A stretch of 64,000 nucleotides of DNA, taken from assembly GCA_951406725.2 (NCBI GenBank), contig OX597825.1, positions 15,066,001-15,130,000 of the forward strand, in the 5' to 3' direction. Shown one piece after another: positions 39,301 through 53,490 of the stretch (within the stretch, counting starts at the first letter, position 1; every line of letters begins with the position of its first letter). The position numbers and the translations under genes are program-made. This stretch comes from Octopus vulgaris. Taxonomy: Eukaryota. The notes under the pieces are model-generated. The model saw only the letters and a list, made by a program, of their open reading frames with translations, was not told the origin of the DNA and ran no database searches.

Positions 39301-39859
39301 ACTTTGATCATAATACGAATTTTTCTCATTTTCTTATCTCCTCGGAAAATAGACACTTGCCTAAAATATTTTGTTGCATTTTCTACTCTCGTATTTTATA
39401 GTGTTTGACTATTGTATCTCTTGCTTTCGTAGTTTCTCTGCGTTTATTTAATCATTAAATTAAAAGTACGTGTCAGTAAATAAAGTATTTAAACGCTTAT
39501 AATGAAATAAATCATGTTTTAACAAATTAGAAAATGTGGGTCTACAATGTTTTCTACCAGTCCGGTAGTTGAAATAAACCTTAAACGAATGAGAAATTGT
39601 AATGAAATGATATAAACTATGGAATTGTATAATGAATCCTCGGATGTGACATTTCTCCACAATATACAGACGAAGTACAATGAATATAAAAGAAGTGACA
39701 TCTTCAAAAATGCTAAATCAAAAGACAATTTGAGCTTGCTGATCAAGAACACCTTCATATGTTCAAGTATATTTTACTGCAGCAAAACGACATTATTTTG
39801 TTTGCTAAATAGTTTGGCCCTATTGAAATACAAGTACAACTATTTTTTTGCCATCTGAG

Positions 39860-39975
39860 TTGACTAGAGCAACGGGATATAGCGTGTTTTGCTCAAGGAC
39901 ACAACGCGTCGAAGGAAATTGAACTCAAGACCTTACAATTGCGAGTGGAATGCCCTAACCACTAACCAACGTGCA
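39860..39975 (-). mobile_element. Degenerate SINE family B head
   Basis: Reverse complement tagtggttagggc...gagttcaatt...gcgttgtgtccttgagcaa. Confidence 0.65.
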
Positions 39976-40049
39976 TTCACACATACTATATACACTAAAG
40001 CGAGTATGGAGACATTGACTGTTATTTCATTTTCATGAATGCAGTGATC

Positions 40050-40690
40050 TGGTTGAATCGTTAGCACGTCGGCCAAAATGCTTAGAAGTATTTCGTCTGT
40101 CTTTACGTTCTGATTTCAAATTCCGCCGCGGTCGACTATGCTTTCGTCCTTTTCGGGTCGATAAATTTAGTATCAGTTGCGTACTGCGGTTGCTCTAATC
40201 GTACTGCGGTTGCTCTAATTTCGGGTCTTGTTCCTAGAGTAGAAAAGAATATTTTTTCTCTCCAAAAATACATTTATATGCCATAGAAAAAAATTTGAAA
40301 ACTTATAATTTTTTTTTAAAGGAGGCGAGATGGCAGAAATGTTTAACGGTATTTCATCTGTCTTTACGATCTGAGTTCAAATTCCGCCGAGGTCGACTTT
40401 GCCTTTCATCCTTTCAGGGCCGGTATATTAAGTACCAGTTGCGTACTGGGGTCGATCTAATGGTTGGCCCGCTCCCCAAAATTTCGGGCCTTGTGCCTAG
40501 AGTAGAAAAGAATCCATAAAACGCCGGGCAAAATGCTCAGCAGCATTTCAACTTACACTGAGATTGAATTTGCCATTCATCCTTCTGGGTCGATAAAATA
40601 AGTACCTGTTGAGCATTTCCCTCGATGTAATCGACTTATCTTCTCCAATCCCACGCCGAAACTTCTGGCTTTGTACCAAAATTAGAGAGC
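40050..40690 (+). mobile_element. Cluster of three degenerate SINE family A copies (tail variant 2)
   Basis: Repeated aaattccgccg...gtcgact...tcatccttt, with tails like gggccttgtgcctagagtagaaaagaat. Confidence 0.8.
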
Positions 40691-41387
40691 AATATTTCTT
40701 TTGTTATCGAGTTAACAGCGAACTTTTCCTGTATTTCATATTTACAAATAGTCTGGAATAGATGAAAGTAAGAAAATTGTTAAATAAAAGAGTTCAATAT
40801 TTATAATAGAATACACTAAATGAAAAACCAGCTGCCTATTTTTGAGCAGATGTTCAAATTAGCGTTCAGTTTTCTAAGAATGTCCTAACTACATTATCTA
40901 TTTAAGAAGTGCTTTGCTATATTCGTATCTGAATATATATCATATAATTCTTATTTTCAGCAAATCAAAAATAGAAGTATACAATGAGGATTATTCTCAC
41001 AAACCTTAATTATTAGTACGATAATCACACATTCCATTCCAAGTACATTCAATGAACCGAAATTTACCATAAGCCTGGAGACGCAGATGTAAGGCTGATT
41101 CCAAGTAAAGGAGACCGAACGTATGGCTAGCAATTATTTAAATGAATTCTACAGACGCGGCTGAATAAATATATATTTCTTGTATTTCAGTTTATTGTAC
41201 GATTTAATGCGTAAATATACGTATGTCTATGTCTTTGTTGGAGTGCGCATGGGTGTGTTTAGATAGTACACAGTATATTAATATCCATGTTTTTCCTAGA
41301 AGAATAGCTGATCATGTACTCAAACCAATTCATATATATGAACAGTTACATTAGTACACAATTACATACATATACATAATATCTGCG

Positions 41388-41430
<43 letters not shown>

Positions 41431-41722
41431 TGAAAGATCAATTCCAGTACCACAGGAATGAGACATTCATATTTAAAATGTTAAATTGAATTACTTTCAA
41501 TAATTAATTCTTATATATCAAAATAGTGTTAGAGATAGAACCACCCACAACTTCATCAACTCCAAACGATATTATATTAACCAAGCTATAGAATATTAAA
41601 TATTATACTTATTATTTACATTCATAATCCCAAACTTTTTCCATATTACTGACTACACATGTTTCATGTGTACGTATGGTATTGTTAAGACACAATGTCT
41701 CATTCAAAAATTCATATATATA

Positions 41723-41879
41723 TGGAGTGGTTGTGTGGTAAGTAGCTTGCTAACCAACCTCATGGTTCCGGGTTCAGTCCCACTGCGTGGCACCTTGGGC
41801 AAGTGTCTTCTGTTATAGCCCCGGCCCGACCAATGCCTTGTGAGTGGATTTGGTAGACGGAAACTGAACGAAGCCTGTC

Positions 41880-41921
<42 letters not shown>

Positions 41922-42130
41922 TTGTGTGTCTGTGTTTGTTCCCCTAGCATTGCTTGACAACCGATGCTGGTGTGTTTACGTCCCCGTCACTTAGCGGTTC
42001 GGCAAAAAGAGACCGATAGAATAAGTACTGGGCTTACAAAGAATAAGTCCCGGGGTCGATTTGTTCGACTAAAGGCGGTGCTCCAGCATGGCCGCAGTCA
42101 AATGACTGAAACAAGTAAAAGAGTAAAGAG
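41723..42130 (+). mobile_element. Near full-length SINE family C
   Basis: Matches 55322..55732. Confidence 0.93.
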
Positions 42131-42154
42131 TATATATATATATAATATATTTTC

Positions 42155-42300
42155 TTTTCTACTCCAGGTTCCAGGCCCGAAATTAGATCGACACTAGTAG
42201 GCAAGTGGTACTTAATTTACAGACCCTGAAAGGATAAAAAGCACAGTCGACCTCGGCGGAATTTGAACTCAGAACGAAAAGACAGATTAAATATCGCTAA
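42155..42300 (-). mobile_element. SINE family A fragment
   Basis: agtcgacctcggcggaatttgaactcagaacg. Confidence 0.75.
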
Positions 42301-42431
42301 GACATCGTGCTTCTTATACAAGATGTGTTGCCTCCGAAATCAACTGAATATGTGAGCGAATAATAGCTAATATATTCGCATGAAACCGTTGATCAAGTCC
42401 TAAAGGTACTTCAATACACACGCAATACTCA

Positions 42432-42471
<40 letters not shown>

Positions 42472-42618
42472 AAAAGCAATAAAGATTCAAGTTAATTTAA
42501 AAGAATTTACTTGAATATGGTACCTAACTTAGATGCACCAAAAAAAACTATACTGATTTAACAATACAGTAATGTGGGGTGATTATAAGCGAGAATGAAG
42601 CAACAAGAATGGATAGGT

Positions 42619-42708
42619 TTTTAGTACAATCGTTTCATACAAGGACAGGTTTATTAAAAGTTGCAAAAATTACAGCATATAAACGTGTCCCGTACTCATC
42701 AGCTAAAA
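42619..42708 (-). ncRNA. Type I hammerhead ribozyme (left arm, minus strand)
   Basis: Mirror image of 42780..42870. Confidence 0.78.
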
Positions 42709-42779
42709 TACATGTGAGTTCTCTAGACATCCTAGTGGTTGAGCCTCAACCACTAGGATGTCTAGAGAACTCACATGTA

Positions 42780-42870
42780 TTTTAGCTGATGAGTACGGGA
42801 CACGTTTATATGCTGTAATTTTTGCAACTTTTAATAAAACCTGTCCTTGTATGAAACGATTGTACTAAAA
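42780..42870 (+). ncRNA. Type I hammerhead ribozyme (right arm)
   Basis: ttttag CTGATGA gtacgggaca...tgtccttgtat GAAAC gatt GTA ctaaaa. Confidence 0.78.
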
Positions 42871-43263
42871 ACCTATCCATTCTTGTTGCTTCATTCTCGC
42901 GTATATATATATACATATATGTGTGTGTATATATGTGCGTATGCATATATATGTTACATACATATATGTGTAAGTACATGTAGAAATGAGTGTGTATGTA
43001 TATTAATGCTTCTTTATGGAAATGTGCTGTATAAATCTACATATGAATAGGGAAGGATGTATATAGACATCCACAAGGAGAAAAGAGCAAAAAGGAAATC
43101 AGTCCATATTTACCATTCATTTACAATAACAATATTTAAATATCGTAAATTTTATCTCAGTTATTTAATTATTGTTATACTACTTCATATCCACTTATTC
43201 TTCATTGAATTTCGTTTTGATTTTAAAAGTATTATTGTTTTTTATCGTTGTTGTGCATAATGA

Positions 43264-43299
<36 letters not shown>

Positions 43300-43928
43300 A
43301 TTATTATTATTATTATTATTATTGTACATAGTGTTATCCCTTTTTTCTTCTCATCGTAAAACGCCTTACAACTTCGTTTATTTTCTTAGTACAGCTGTCA
43401 TTTTAAATAAATTCAAGATCGATACTGGAATCGCAGCATGACTACTATGATAAATAATATGAAAAAACAAAATTGAATACATTAAACAAAAGAAAGACGA
43501 CTTCAAGATCGAACTGCAATAGAAATAAATAGATTTGTAATTCAACTCGGCTACAGATCGAACGGAAAGAAAAATAAATTGTATATAATAGGTCACATGG
43601 AGTAACTTTAGCAGAGTTATATATTGAAGCTTTTCTACATCGAACCATCTCTCCATAGATAAAAACGTTACTACATATGGAGTCTGAAGCATATTTGCTT
43701 AAATACAAGTTGAATTAATTATACGCATTTGTATATAAATATTTATATATGTATAACAGTCTGTATTGATATGTATGTGTGTATATTGACAGGTAAACAG
43801 AAAGAGAAAGAGAAAATGACAGATAGATAGATAGATACATAGAATTTACCTATGCGCGTGTCATACACATACATATACATATATATATGCACTCATGCAT
43901 GCATGCATATGTAAGTGCATGTATGGGT

Positions 43929-43934
<6 letters not shown>

Positions 43935-44008
<74 letters not shown>

Positions 44009-44031
44009 GTATATATATGTATATGTATATA

Positions 44032-44095
<64 letters not shown>
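43935..44095. repeat. (AT)n microsatellite
   Basis: Seen directly. Confidence 0.95.
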
Positions 44096-44096
<1 letters not shown>

Positions 44097-44181
44097 ACCG
44101 GAATAAAAACATAAATGTGAAACAAGGTGGAAAAAAGAGTACTCAAATACCAGTACATATCGGTTCCATTCTAGCAAAAAC

Positions 44182-44217
44182 TGTCCGATGAACGGCAACG
44201 GGAAACTCAGAGTAACA
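44182..44217 (+). ncRNA. Degenerate HHR-like motif in a short insert between (AT)n tracts
   Basis: tgt CCGATGA acggcaacgg GAAAC tcaga GTA aca; core carries a T>C change and stem II is weak. Confidence 0.4.
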
Positions 44218-44274
44218 TGTTTTGTTGAATTTTCTGCTGCTTTAAATAAAGTATATATATATATATATATATAT

Positions 44275-44308
<34 letters not shown>

Positions 44309-45724
44309 ATGCTTGTGTGCCTATTAGGTGCACTTGTTGCTAGTGTATATAACAGGGTTTTTCACTTTATATTACCAAAACTGAGGCCAAGCCTGTGCAA
44401 AACTCAAGGAAACGTTTTCTATATGAGCTTCATATACCAATCTCATGATGCTATTACCACAGGCGTTCCGACTCACACCGGCTGTTGCACATCCTGAGCC
44501 GCAGCAGCTGTTTCTTGGATTGGGATTTCCTAAATTATCCTTGGGATCTGGTCATGCGTTTCGTACTTTCGGATATTGTGCCATCTATAGGGTGGAATTT
44601 AGACAGAGATACGGTTTGTATGTTTGTATGGAATTGTTATGAGAAGCCTCGCACAGTTCTTGTATTGTTTACTCGCCTCATTTCTAGCAGTGGGTTTTCC
44701 ACAGCTAAGCCAAGACCACTGCAAGCCCTTCCATGCTACAGAACTGTATATTCGTATTTTTTTCACTGCTCCTCTGAAATTAATCCAATAGCAGGGATAT
44801 GTACATAGTAGACTTCTAAACTGATGGCTGGCTTCACATTTTTCTTCTCGCTATATCTTGCAAGGCATTGTGATTTTACCAGTGTTTAAGCTATGCCAAG
44901 AAAATATATTTTGCCATCTACAATTCTGACAGAATATGATGCAGTGCTGCAGGATATGAGCGACTGCAATATAGTCAGTATTTGCTCGAGGAAAAGTAAT
45001 AAGAGCGAACGAAGCAACTATAGTAGGAAATTGCAAAAAAAAAAGGGGGAAAAGTTGTTCTCTGAACGTCAGTAATCTATGAAAATACTTACCACAACAG
45101 GCATGTATTTTTCCTATCCACAACAAAAATAAAAATGCAGGGAGCAAAGACAACAACCATTCATCATAATATGAGAAAAACGACAGATGTGATAACATCA
45201 TATGTAAATATATCTTGTAGTAGGCAAAGTAGCCATTTCCAATTTAGTACATTACATTTGCCAGTCGGAAAATCAACATCAACAATGTTCGTGAGACGAA
45301 ACCAGTGCGTTAACTGCTTTATACAAGATGCTTTTCATATATTGTCCCAACTGTTGTTTTATTTTGCTATAGTTTTCCTAATTCTATCACGAGAAGGAAT
45401 TGTTTTTGTGATGTTTGGGATAAGAGATTTACTGAATTACCAAGCATGTTTCTTTCTTGTTTTGTTTTGTTTTGGTTGTTTGTTTTTATCAATATCAGAA
45501 CGTTATTCCATTTATCTATTTAGAGACATGAGACTTGAATAAATCTCTTTGAAGAAATGTATAACTTTATGGCTAATATGATTTGAAAAATAAAAGTCAT
45601 GTTTGCAACTATTATCGAATTGTTTACCACTTTTTCACAAAAGAAGAAAAAAAACATTCCTGACAACAACAGGCATACAAGATATTTATCAACAAGCTGT
45701 TATACGTGAAAGAGAAAAAAGTAG

Positions 45725-46495
45725 AGATAAACAGATAGACAGACGCATAGTAAGACAGAGAGAGACAGAGAGACATAAAGACAGATGGACAGACGTATAG
45801 AAAGACAGAGAGAGACATAGAGACAGAAAGACAGATAGACAGACGCATAGAAAGACAGAGAGAGACAGAGAGACAGAAAGACAGATGGACAGACGTATAG
45901 AAAGACAGAGAGAGACAGAGAGAAAGAAAGACAGCTAGACAGACGTATAGAAAGACAGAGAGAGACAGAGAGACAGAAAGACAGATAGACAGACGCATAG
46001 AAAGACAGAGAGACAGAAAGACAGATGGACAGACGTATAGAAAGACAGAGAGAGACAGAGAGAAAGAAAGACAGCTAGACAGACGTATAGAAAGACAGAG
46101 AGAGACAGAGAGACAGAAAGACAGATAGACAGACGCATAGAAAGACAGAGACAGACAGAGAGACAGAAAGACAGATAGACAGACGCATAGAAAGACAGAG
46201 AGACAGAAAGACAGATGGACGGACGTATAGAAAGACAGAGACGGAGAGAGAGACAGAAAGACAGATAGACAGACGTATAGAAAGACAGAGAGACAGAAAG
46301 ACAGATATACAGACGTATAGAAAGACAGGGAGATACAGAGAGACAGAAAGACAGATGGACGGACGTATAGAAAGACAGAGAGACAGAAAGATAGATTGAC
46401 AGACGCATAGAAAGACAGAGACAGACAGAAAGACAGAAGGACAGACGTATAGAAAGACAGAGAGAGACAGAGAGACGAGACAGAAGCACAGATAC
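45725..46495. repeat. Complex purine-rich satellite built from GACA/GATA/GAGA units
   Basis: Repeating agacagaaagacagatagacagacg(c/t)atagaaagacagag units of roughly 40-52 bp. Confidence 0.95.
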
Positions 46496-46870
46496 ACAGA
46501 CGATATTAAAAAAATTCTTATTCAAACGATATTTCTTCAATAAAACAGTCATACCGATCTCTTTCAAAGATCAATGTTTGGCTAACTTCGTACATGTGAC
46601 TCATCACAATATGGTTTCAAAGTCATTACATTTCTCAGACATGAATTTACCAAATTGTATCAAGACATATTAGTTTTTACCGAATTTGAAATTTCGTAAA
46701 AAGCAATATTAATAAAAATGGTAAAGTTATTATTTTTCTGCTCTTCATATTTTCAAAAGTAGCTCCTGCATTGCTCATTTCTCCTCACTCTTTATCTCTC
46801 TCTCTTTCTTTCTCTCTTTATCTGCCCCCTCCCTCTCATTCGTTCTTCTCTATATATACATACATATACA

Positions 46871-46937
<67 letters not shown>

Positions 46938-47055
46938 TAGAGACAAAACCACTATTAGGCAAATCATACAATGAAAAGCTTAAGCCAATACATAAGATTA
47001 TTTAATTTATATTATTCAAATATATAACAAAATTATTAAAAAATATAATTAATAT

Positions 47056-47118
47056 AACACTACGATCGTTTCATGGCGGTTAATTTCTTTAAATTTTCGA
47101 GTTACAGTCATTCATCAT
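47056..47118 (-). ncRNA. 5'-truncated hammerhead motif abutting (AT)n
   Basis: Minus strand: (ta)TGATGA atgactgt...accgccat GAAACGATCGTA gtg; palindromic stem III ACGATCGT. Confidence 0.55.
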
Positions 47119-47164
47119 ATATATATATACACACACGATTTAACTTATACTTATTTGTCCAAAT

Positions 47165-47430
<266 letters not shown>

Positions 47431-48009
47431 TAATATGAGGGGTTTTGTTCTCTGGTGATCTAAACGAATAGGTAAGATGAGTAAGTGCGATAATAGATTA
47501 TCCGTTAGGTTCTATGTTCACAGCTGAAATCCATGGGTTATAAACTGTGAATTTCCCAGTCCAGAACTTTCCTACATACCCACATTGCCTCTGATGACGG
47601 AATACCCAAAGTACGGACATGCTAATCTATCATTTAGGACATTGAAGCAACAGCTGTAAGAATTCAAATTCACCTTATTTAATTATATAGTCTAAATGAC
47701 TTGCGATACCCGTCCTGCCTTGGTTCTTTTTTTTTATTTTTACCGTAATATTATATATATATATATATGCAGAATTTTGGTTAGTTGAAATATGTTTGTG
47801 ACATATTTCAACTGTTAAAGCCAATTACACTGGAGTAACTATGGGGGGAAAAAAATCTTATGATAAAAGTTTGAGAAAACAGTCAATTTGTTCAGTGTTG
47901 CCATGTCTTAGAAACATGAGACATCGATACTTCGAGTTGTTTTACTTTTGTCAATGAGATGTACCTAAGTGCGCTAACATCTCGTATATACCATATAAGA
48001 TATTAATGT

Positions 48010-48105
48010 ATATATACGTATGTGTGTGTCTGTGTTAGTGTGTGTGTGTGCATGCATTTGTGTATAAGTGTGTGTATATATATATATATATATGTCTGTG
48101 TGTGT

Positions 48106-48172
<67 letters not shown>
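48010..48172. repeat. (GT)n/(AT)n microsatellite
   Basis: Seen directly. Confidence 0.95.
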
Positions 48173-48173
<1 letters not shown>

Positions 48174-49605
48174 CACGTCCTGCTCTTCTTTTGCAAGAAA
48201 TTTACTCATATATTGCACCTTTGAACTCATACAAATTTTCTAGCATAAATCTTTGTTTAGTTGATTTTTTTTTCTTTTCCTATTTAGAAATAGCAAAATT
48301 TATGTTTTGTATATTTTGTATAAAAGGTTCTCTTTTTGTAAACGGTGTAAAATACATTAAGAATTAATTGACTTTAAGAAGAACGATTTTAGATAGCTTC
48401 AGAGTTATTTGTGTTTACTAATGTATTGCTTTTTGGCACTCACGTTTCTCTTCAGTTCAGATGAATATGATCGAAATATCTTTATTAGCAACAAACATTA
48501 TATAACATCATGTCCAGCATACTCCTTCATCAACTTCAATATGACGGCAAATTATTAACGTTTCGAAATCACTGCGACTTTCTATATCGATGCTAATGTT
48601 GGACGCGTATGTAAAAATAATGGAAATAGCCGTTGTTAATGTTTTATTTGCTACCTTCTTGTGTAGGTTGATTCAGTCTAGATTTTGATCAAAGCTGGTG
48701 AGATTCTCCCCATCTCTTTTTACTCGTAAACTATTCCCATCTCCATTAATTGTAACGCACTGTCTGCTTAACGTCATTCACATTCAATATTGCTAGCTCA
48801 TGTAGACTTGTTCATAGCTTACAGCAGTCAATAACTGGGAAAGATGCCACAATGAAACGTCATACTGAGTTACTTATTGTTTGAAATGCATGAACCATGT
48901 CATTTATTTCAGTTGATGCAATCGCTCATATAATGATTATATTTCCATTTGCTCTTTTTTATCGTTTATGTTTTTTAATGCATTTCTTTATGGAGAGAAT
49001 AGAGTACGCAAATAATTGCAAATATGTGGTACTAAGTATTCAAGTAACAATATACTGCATTCAGTAGTAAAAAAAAAACAAAAACAAAACAAATATATTT
49101 ACAAAGAAAGGAAATAGCTACAAAGCTAACGGACATGATTATCTACATATAATCATTAGACAAAATAACATGAGAAATATTTTTCCATGAATATTATTTT
49201 ACATTATTCATACATCTATCTATCTAGATCGGTGTTTTCATTATTACGTAATATTTGTGTATCTCGTGGTTTACATATTAATATATACACTTCCAATACA
49301 TTTTGTATCTATGCTAAATGGTTGTCTAATCTATATCTATCATTGTATACGTTGGCGATGCAATTGTCATTGTTTAGTTTGTTTTTTTTATTAAGCTTTT
49401 ACCAGGAACGAGGTTAAGATTTCGATTAGATTTGGGGAGCAATTCTATAAATCACTTTATCCGATCTAAATAGGAAAAAACCTAAAAACAAATTACAGTG
49501 GTGACGATGGGTGAGTACAAAGGCGCAATATTTGAGCAAATGTTTTGTAAAAAGAGAAAGCAACAGAATATATATATATATATATACAGAGTGAGAGAGC
49601 GAGAG

Positions 49606-49644
<39 letters not shown>

Positions 49645-49899
49645 CATACGTAATACATACATACACAATTGCAGCGTGGGATTTGTTATATGTCATTTAA
49701 AAACACACAAAAACCGTTAGATTCAATTCAACATTTAAATTTAATTTGCGAAAATATTAGTGTCGCTTTGAGACCGCGAGCTGTTCACTTACAAAATTAA
49801 ATAGACATCCTTATAATCATTACAATTTATTCAAATCTGAAATTATACGTTCAAATTATTCATCAATTGTTATAATGTGAATATTTAGTATTTAGTAGA

Positions 49900-50680
49900 C
49901 ATGTCCCTTGGATTTTGCAATGCAAGGAGACTATTAGGCAGGTTACTGATCAGATGACGAATATTTTCTTGCAGAATTTCTTGCCAAATTTCATGCAGTA
50001 ATCTCAAAATATCTGGCTTCGAAAATGCTTTCTTGTTCTTTTTGTTAATTATCCTGTCCATTATGTCCTAGAGGTGTTCAATGGGGTTCATATCTAGTGA
50101 CAGGCTTGGTCATGGTAGCCTTTTCATGCCATTCTCATCCACCAAATATTGGGTCTTCTTAGCCATGTGACAAGGAGCCCCACCTTCCTTTAATAAACGG
50201 TTTTCATTAATCCTTTCGTCATTGGAGAAGGTTGAAATTAGTCCTTTCTGCTATAAGGTTTACATATTTATCTGAGTTTCTGTTACCCTCACACTGCACC
50301 AGCTCTAGTCAACCATGGCTTCAAATTGCTTCCCAGACCATCACAGAATTGCTGCCGTGCTTCAGTGTTGGCTGCAACCTTTTCAAATCAAATTCTTAAG
50401 CACGGAGTCTCCAGACACACATTCGATCACTGTCTGGAAATACAGCAAATCTGGACTCTCCAGAGACTATGCCAATGTCCCAAAATGTTACTGGCCTCTC
50501 CACTATGTCACTGGCCCAATCTTTTCTCTACTTGATATTGGCTAGTCGAAGAATTGGCTTCTTTCTTGCTGCTCTGCCATAGTAACCAATTTTGTGCAGA
50601 TAACTAACGGCTTTTCTGGGACTGACATCAACTTGTTCTGCTATGTCAGATGCCTTTCATCGAGACCTACAATAGGGCCG
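49900..50680 (-). pseudogene. Tc1-family transposase relic
   Basis: Minus strand: FIKEGGAPCHMAKKT (like FQQDNAPCH), P*PSLSLDMNPIEHL*D (like WPSQSPDLNPIEHLWD), LLHEIWQEILQENIRHLISNLP. Confidence 0.85.
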
Positions 50681-51002
50681 CTTTCAGATCCGGACAGTTC
50701 GATGGATCCTTTTGTTTATGTCATGATTAAACAGTTGACTAAATGCGGTGCTCCAGCGTGGCCAGAGTCAAATGGCTAAAACTAATACAAGAATAAAAGA
50801 ATATAGAACCTGAAACATCAAAATGTCAATTAATAAATAATATAAACCATTACAAGTTAGAATAAATATAAAACAATGTTTTATAGAGCGTCTATTTCCT
50901 TCTGCCATGTCTGTGTATGTATATGTGTGTATATATATATATATATACAAGTCTGTGTCTGTGTGTGCCTGTGTAGATATGTATGTATTGATATATGTAC
51001 GT

Positions 51003-51310
51003 GGGGGCGCAATGGCCTGCGGTTAGGTTGTGAGTTCGAATCCCGGACCTAGCTGCGTATTGTGTTCTTGAGCAAGACGCTATTTCACATTGCTCCGGTT
51101 CACTCAGCTGTAGAAATGATTTGTGACGTCAGAGGTACCAAGTTGTATCGGCCTTTGCCTTTCCTTTGGATACCACTGGTGGCATGGAGAGGGCAGGCTG
51201 GTATACATGGGCGACTGCTTGTCTTCCATAAACAACCTTGCCCGGACTTGTACCTGGGAGGGTAACGTTCTATGTGCAATTCCACGGCCAGTCATGACCG
51301 AAGGGGGTCT
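51003..51310 (+). mobile_element. SINE family B
   Basis: Head partly deleted; gagttcgaatccc B-box, CORE-like body, catgaccgaagggggtct end. Confidence 0.9.
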
Positions 51311-51330
51311 CAGCATATATATATATATAT

Positions 51331-51360
<30 letters not shown>

Positions 51361-51364
<4 letters not shown>

Positions 51365-51608
51365 GACAATAATCCCGAAACTAGTCCGAGCGTATCACTC
51401 AGGCTTGCGAGAAAGGGATAGCCTCCCTTTGCAAATACTTCAAGAGCACTGAAATGGTGTCTAAAGCCAGCTGGAGACGACGATCTCCTGGGGCTATAGA
51501 GCTAGAGTAACACCCCCTCCCCTATGTGGTTAGCCATATTAAGATGGCTTCTATACTTTACATTATCGAGCGATTACTGTTTACATTTCATTCAGAGATT
51601 TAATAATG

Positions 51609-51610
<2 letters not shown>
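51361..51610 (+). mobile_element. Putative Penelope-like fragment between (AT)n tracts, beginning with the 3' half of an HHR
   Basis: a GGGA caataa TCCC GAAAC TA GTC cgag at 51362-51390; palindromic stem III ACTAGT; CTGATG part replaced by (AT)n. Confidence 0.6.
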
Positions 51611-51668
<58 letters not shown>

Positions 51669-52292
51669 TATAGATAGATAGATATATAGATATAGATATA
51701 TAGATATATAGATATATATATATATAGAAGGTTGACGGACTCGTACCAGCAGCAGGCAGCAATATGCTTATACGATCATACAGGAGGACAGGGGATAAGT
51801 ATCGATTGGTATTTCGAAAAGCAGAAAAGAACATTAGATTTACGTATCGTACTCAAAGTAAATGGCTTGTTAAAAGGCAACACTGCTAAAAGTTCCTTGT
51901 TGGCATATTACGAGGGAATCAGCAATCAATAAGTTAGCTCGTTCTCAATGCAATTATCAACATATAAATATTGTTACAAATTGAGGATTAACATTATTTG
52001 CCACCAAGTTTTTTAATGGTGTCGTATAATAATATCTATAGTATATTTTGTCGGTTAATTTTGAGAGTGATGCTTATATTTGATGGAATAAATATCTTTA
52101 GTCTTAAGCATAAAGACGTGCTGCTGTCAACTTTTCGACTATAGGATCTTATGTTAAAGGTTTCAGAAACGTTCTTGTATACTTTTCCTGAGATGCTGTT
52201 ATCATTCCATCCACTTCAAACACACATACATACAAAAATACATTCACATAGATATATATATGTATATATAATATATTATATATATACATATA

Positions 52293-52331
<39 letters not shown>

Positions 52332-53490
52332 TCGCACATGCACATGGTAGTTCACTTCTATGGCAATCTATGGAAGTGGAATCGTTTAAGGGATGCTGGA
52401 AAAGCGTCCAGGAGTAACTGTCTACAATATTTCAGAGAAGTTGAAAAGTTGAAAACACACCATTTCAATGCATTTGCTGGATTCCATTAGTGTCCAAAGT
52501 TAAGCTTTTGAAAGGAGGCAGTTATTGACAGTTATAGTATATCTTAATATGTCACATGAAAATATTTAGACATAAATATAAATCCGCACACTTTTATTAG
52601 GAGTAATGTTAATAGCAGGAAAATATTTGTGAGTGAATGCGTGTCATAGTCTTTGACTGTGTTTGCGTATATGTAGGCGTGTTTAAGTGCGTACATTTTT
52701 AAATGTGTATCTGTAAATATTTCTGTTTGTGTGTTTCTGTACATATTTGCTTGTGTGATACTGTGTATGTGTGCCTGTACGTAAATTTCTATCACACAGA
52801 CATATACTTACACACACATACAAACAAACACATACATATATATTCTTAAGTATATACTATATTTTTTTTATCTCAATTTATATCCAGTTTCGATTGAAGA
52901 TACGGATTTAAACTGAGAGCTTTCGTTGTATTTTAGCTTTAATATTTTAGGCTTCTTAAGATATCTGTGTGTAAAAAATGCCACTTCACTTTGTCCATAT
53001 TTTATCTATGATTGTTACAAAATCCTCTTAGCCATTACACTTCGGTGTCTAAAGTAAATACTTAAATCTTTCTCTAGCAATTTATCTCTTACATAACAGA
53101 TTGCATATAGATTCTATATCTCATTATTAGATTCTATATCTTATAAATAATTTGGTTGTTATCTTTAATAATTTTATCCTTCCATTACAACTGATCTCCT
53201 ATACCCTAAACCATATGGCCAATGGTGCCTCTCGACCGCACTGATTTAAACTGAATGTGATAGATACCTAGAAAGAGAAAAGAGATAAGAGAGGGACATA
53301 TATTGTGACATATAGTGTGAGAGTGAGAGAAACAGAGATGGTCGTAATACAAGTATATACAAAGTGTGATTACATTCAGCAATAATACAAAAGCAATCGT
53401 TGGAGATATGATTCATTGCATGGCTTGATAAGGTTAACCTTTTTAAATCAATTGACGCAAAAGGAAACAAACGTTATATTGTACTAACTA

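Larger units (their letters stand above)
42589..42900. repeat. 312-bp near-perfect palindrome (155/156-bp arms, 1-nt centre at 42744)
   Basis: gcgagaatgaag...ggttgag c ctcaacc...cttcattctcgc; one indel seen between the arms. Confidence 0.97.

Noticed and set aside
44340-44850. Possible decayed RTE ORF on the minus strand
   Set aside because: Hints only (KIRIYSSV, RWHNI); too degenerate to call.
45624-46567. 124-210 aa ORFs (LSVSLSLSVF...)
   Set aside because: Open only because the satellite lacks stop codons on that strand.
47587-47622. gcct CTGATGA cggaataccc aaagtacggac atgc, a possible HHR
   Set aside because: GAAAC and the NUH triplet are corrupted and the stems are mismatched; at most a decayed relic.
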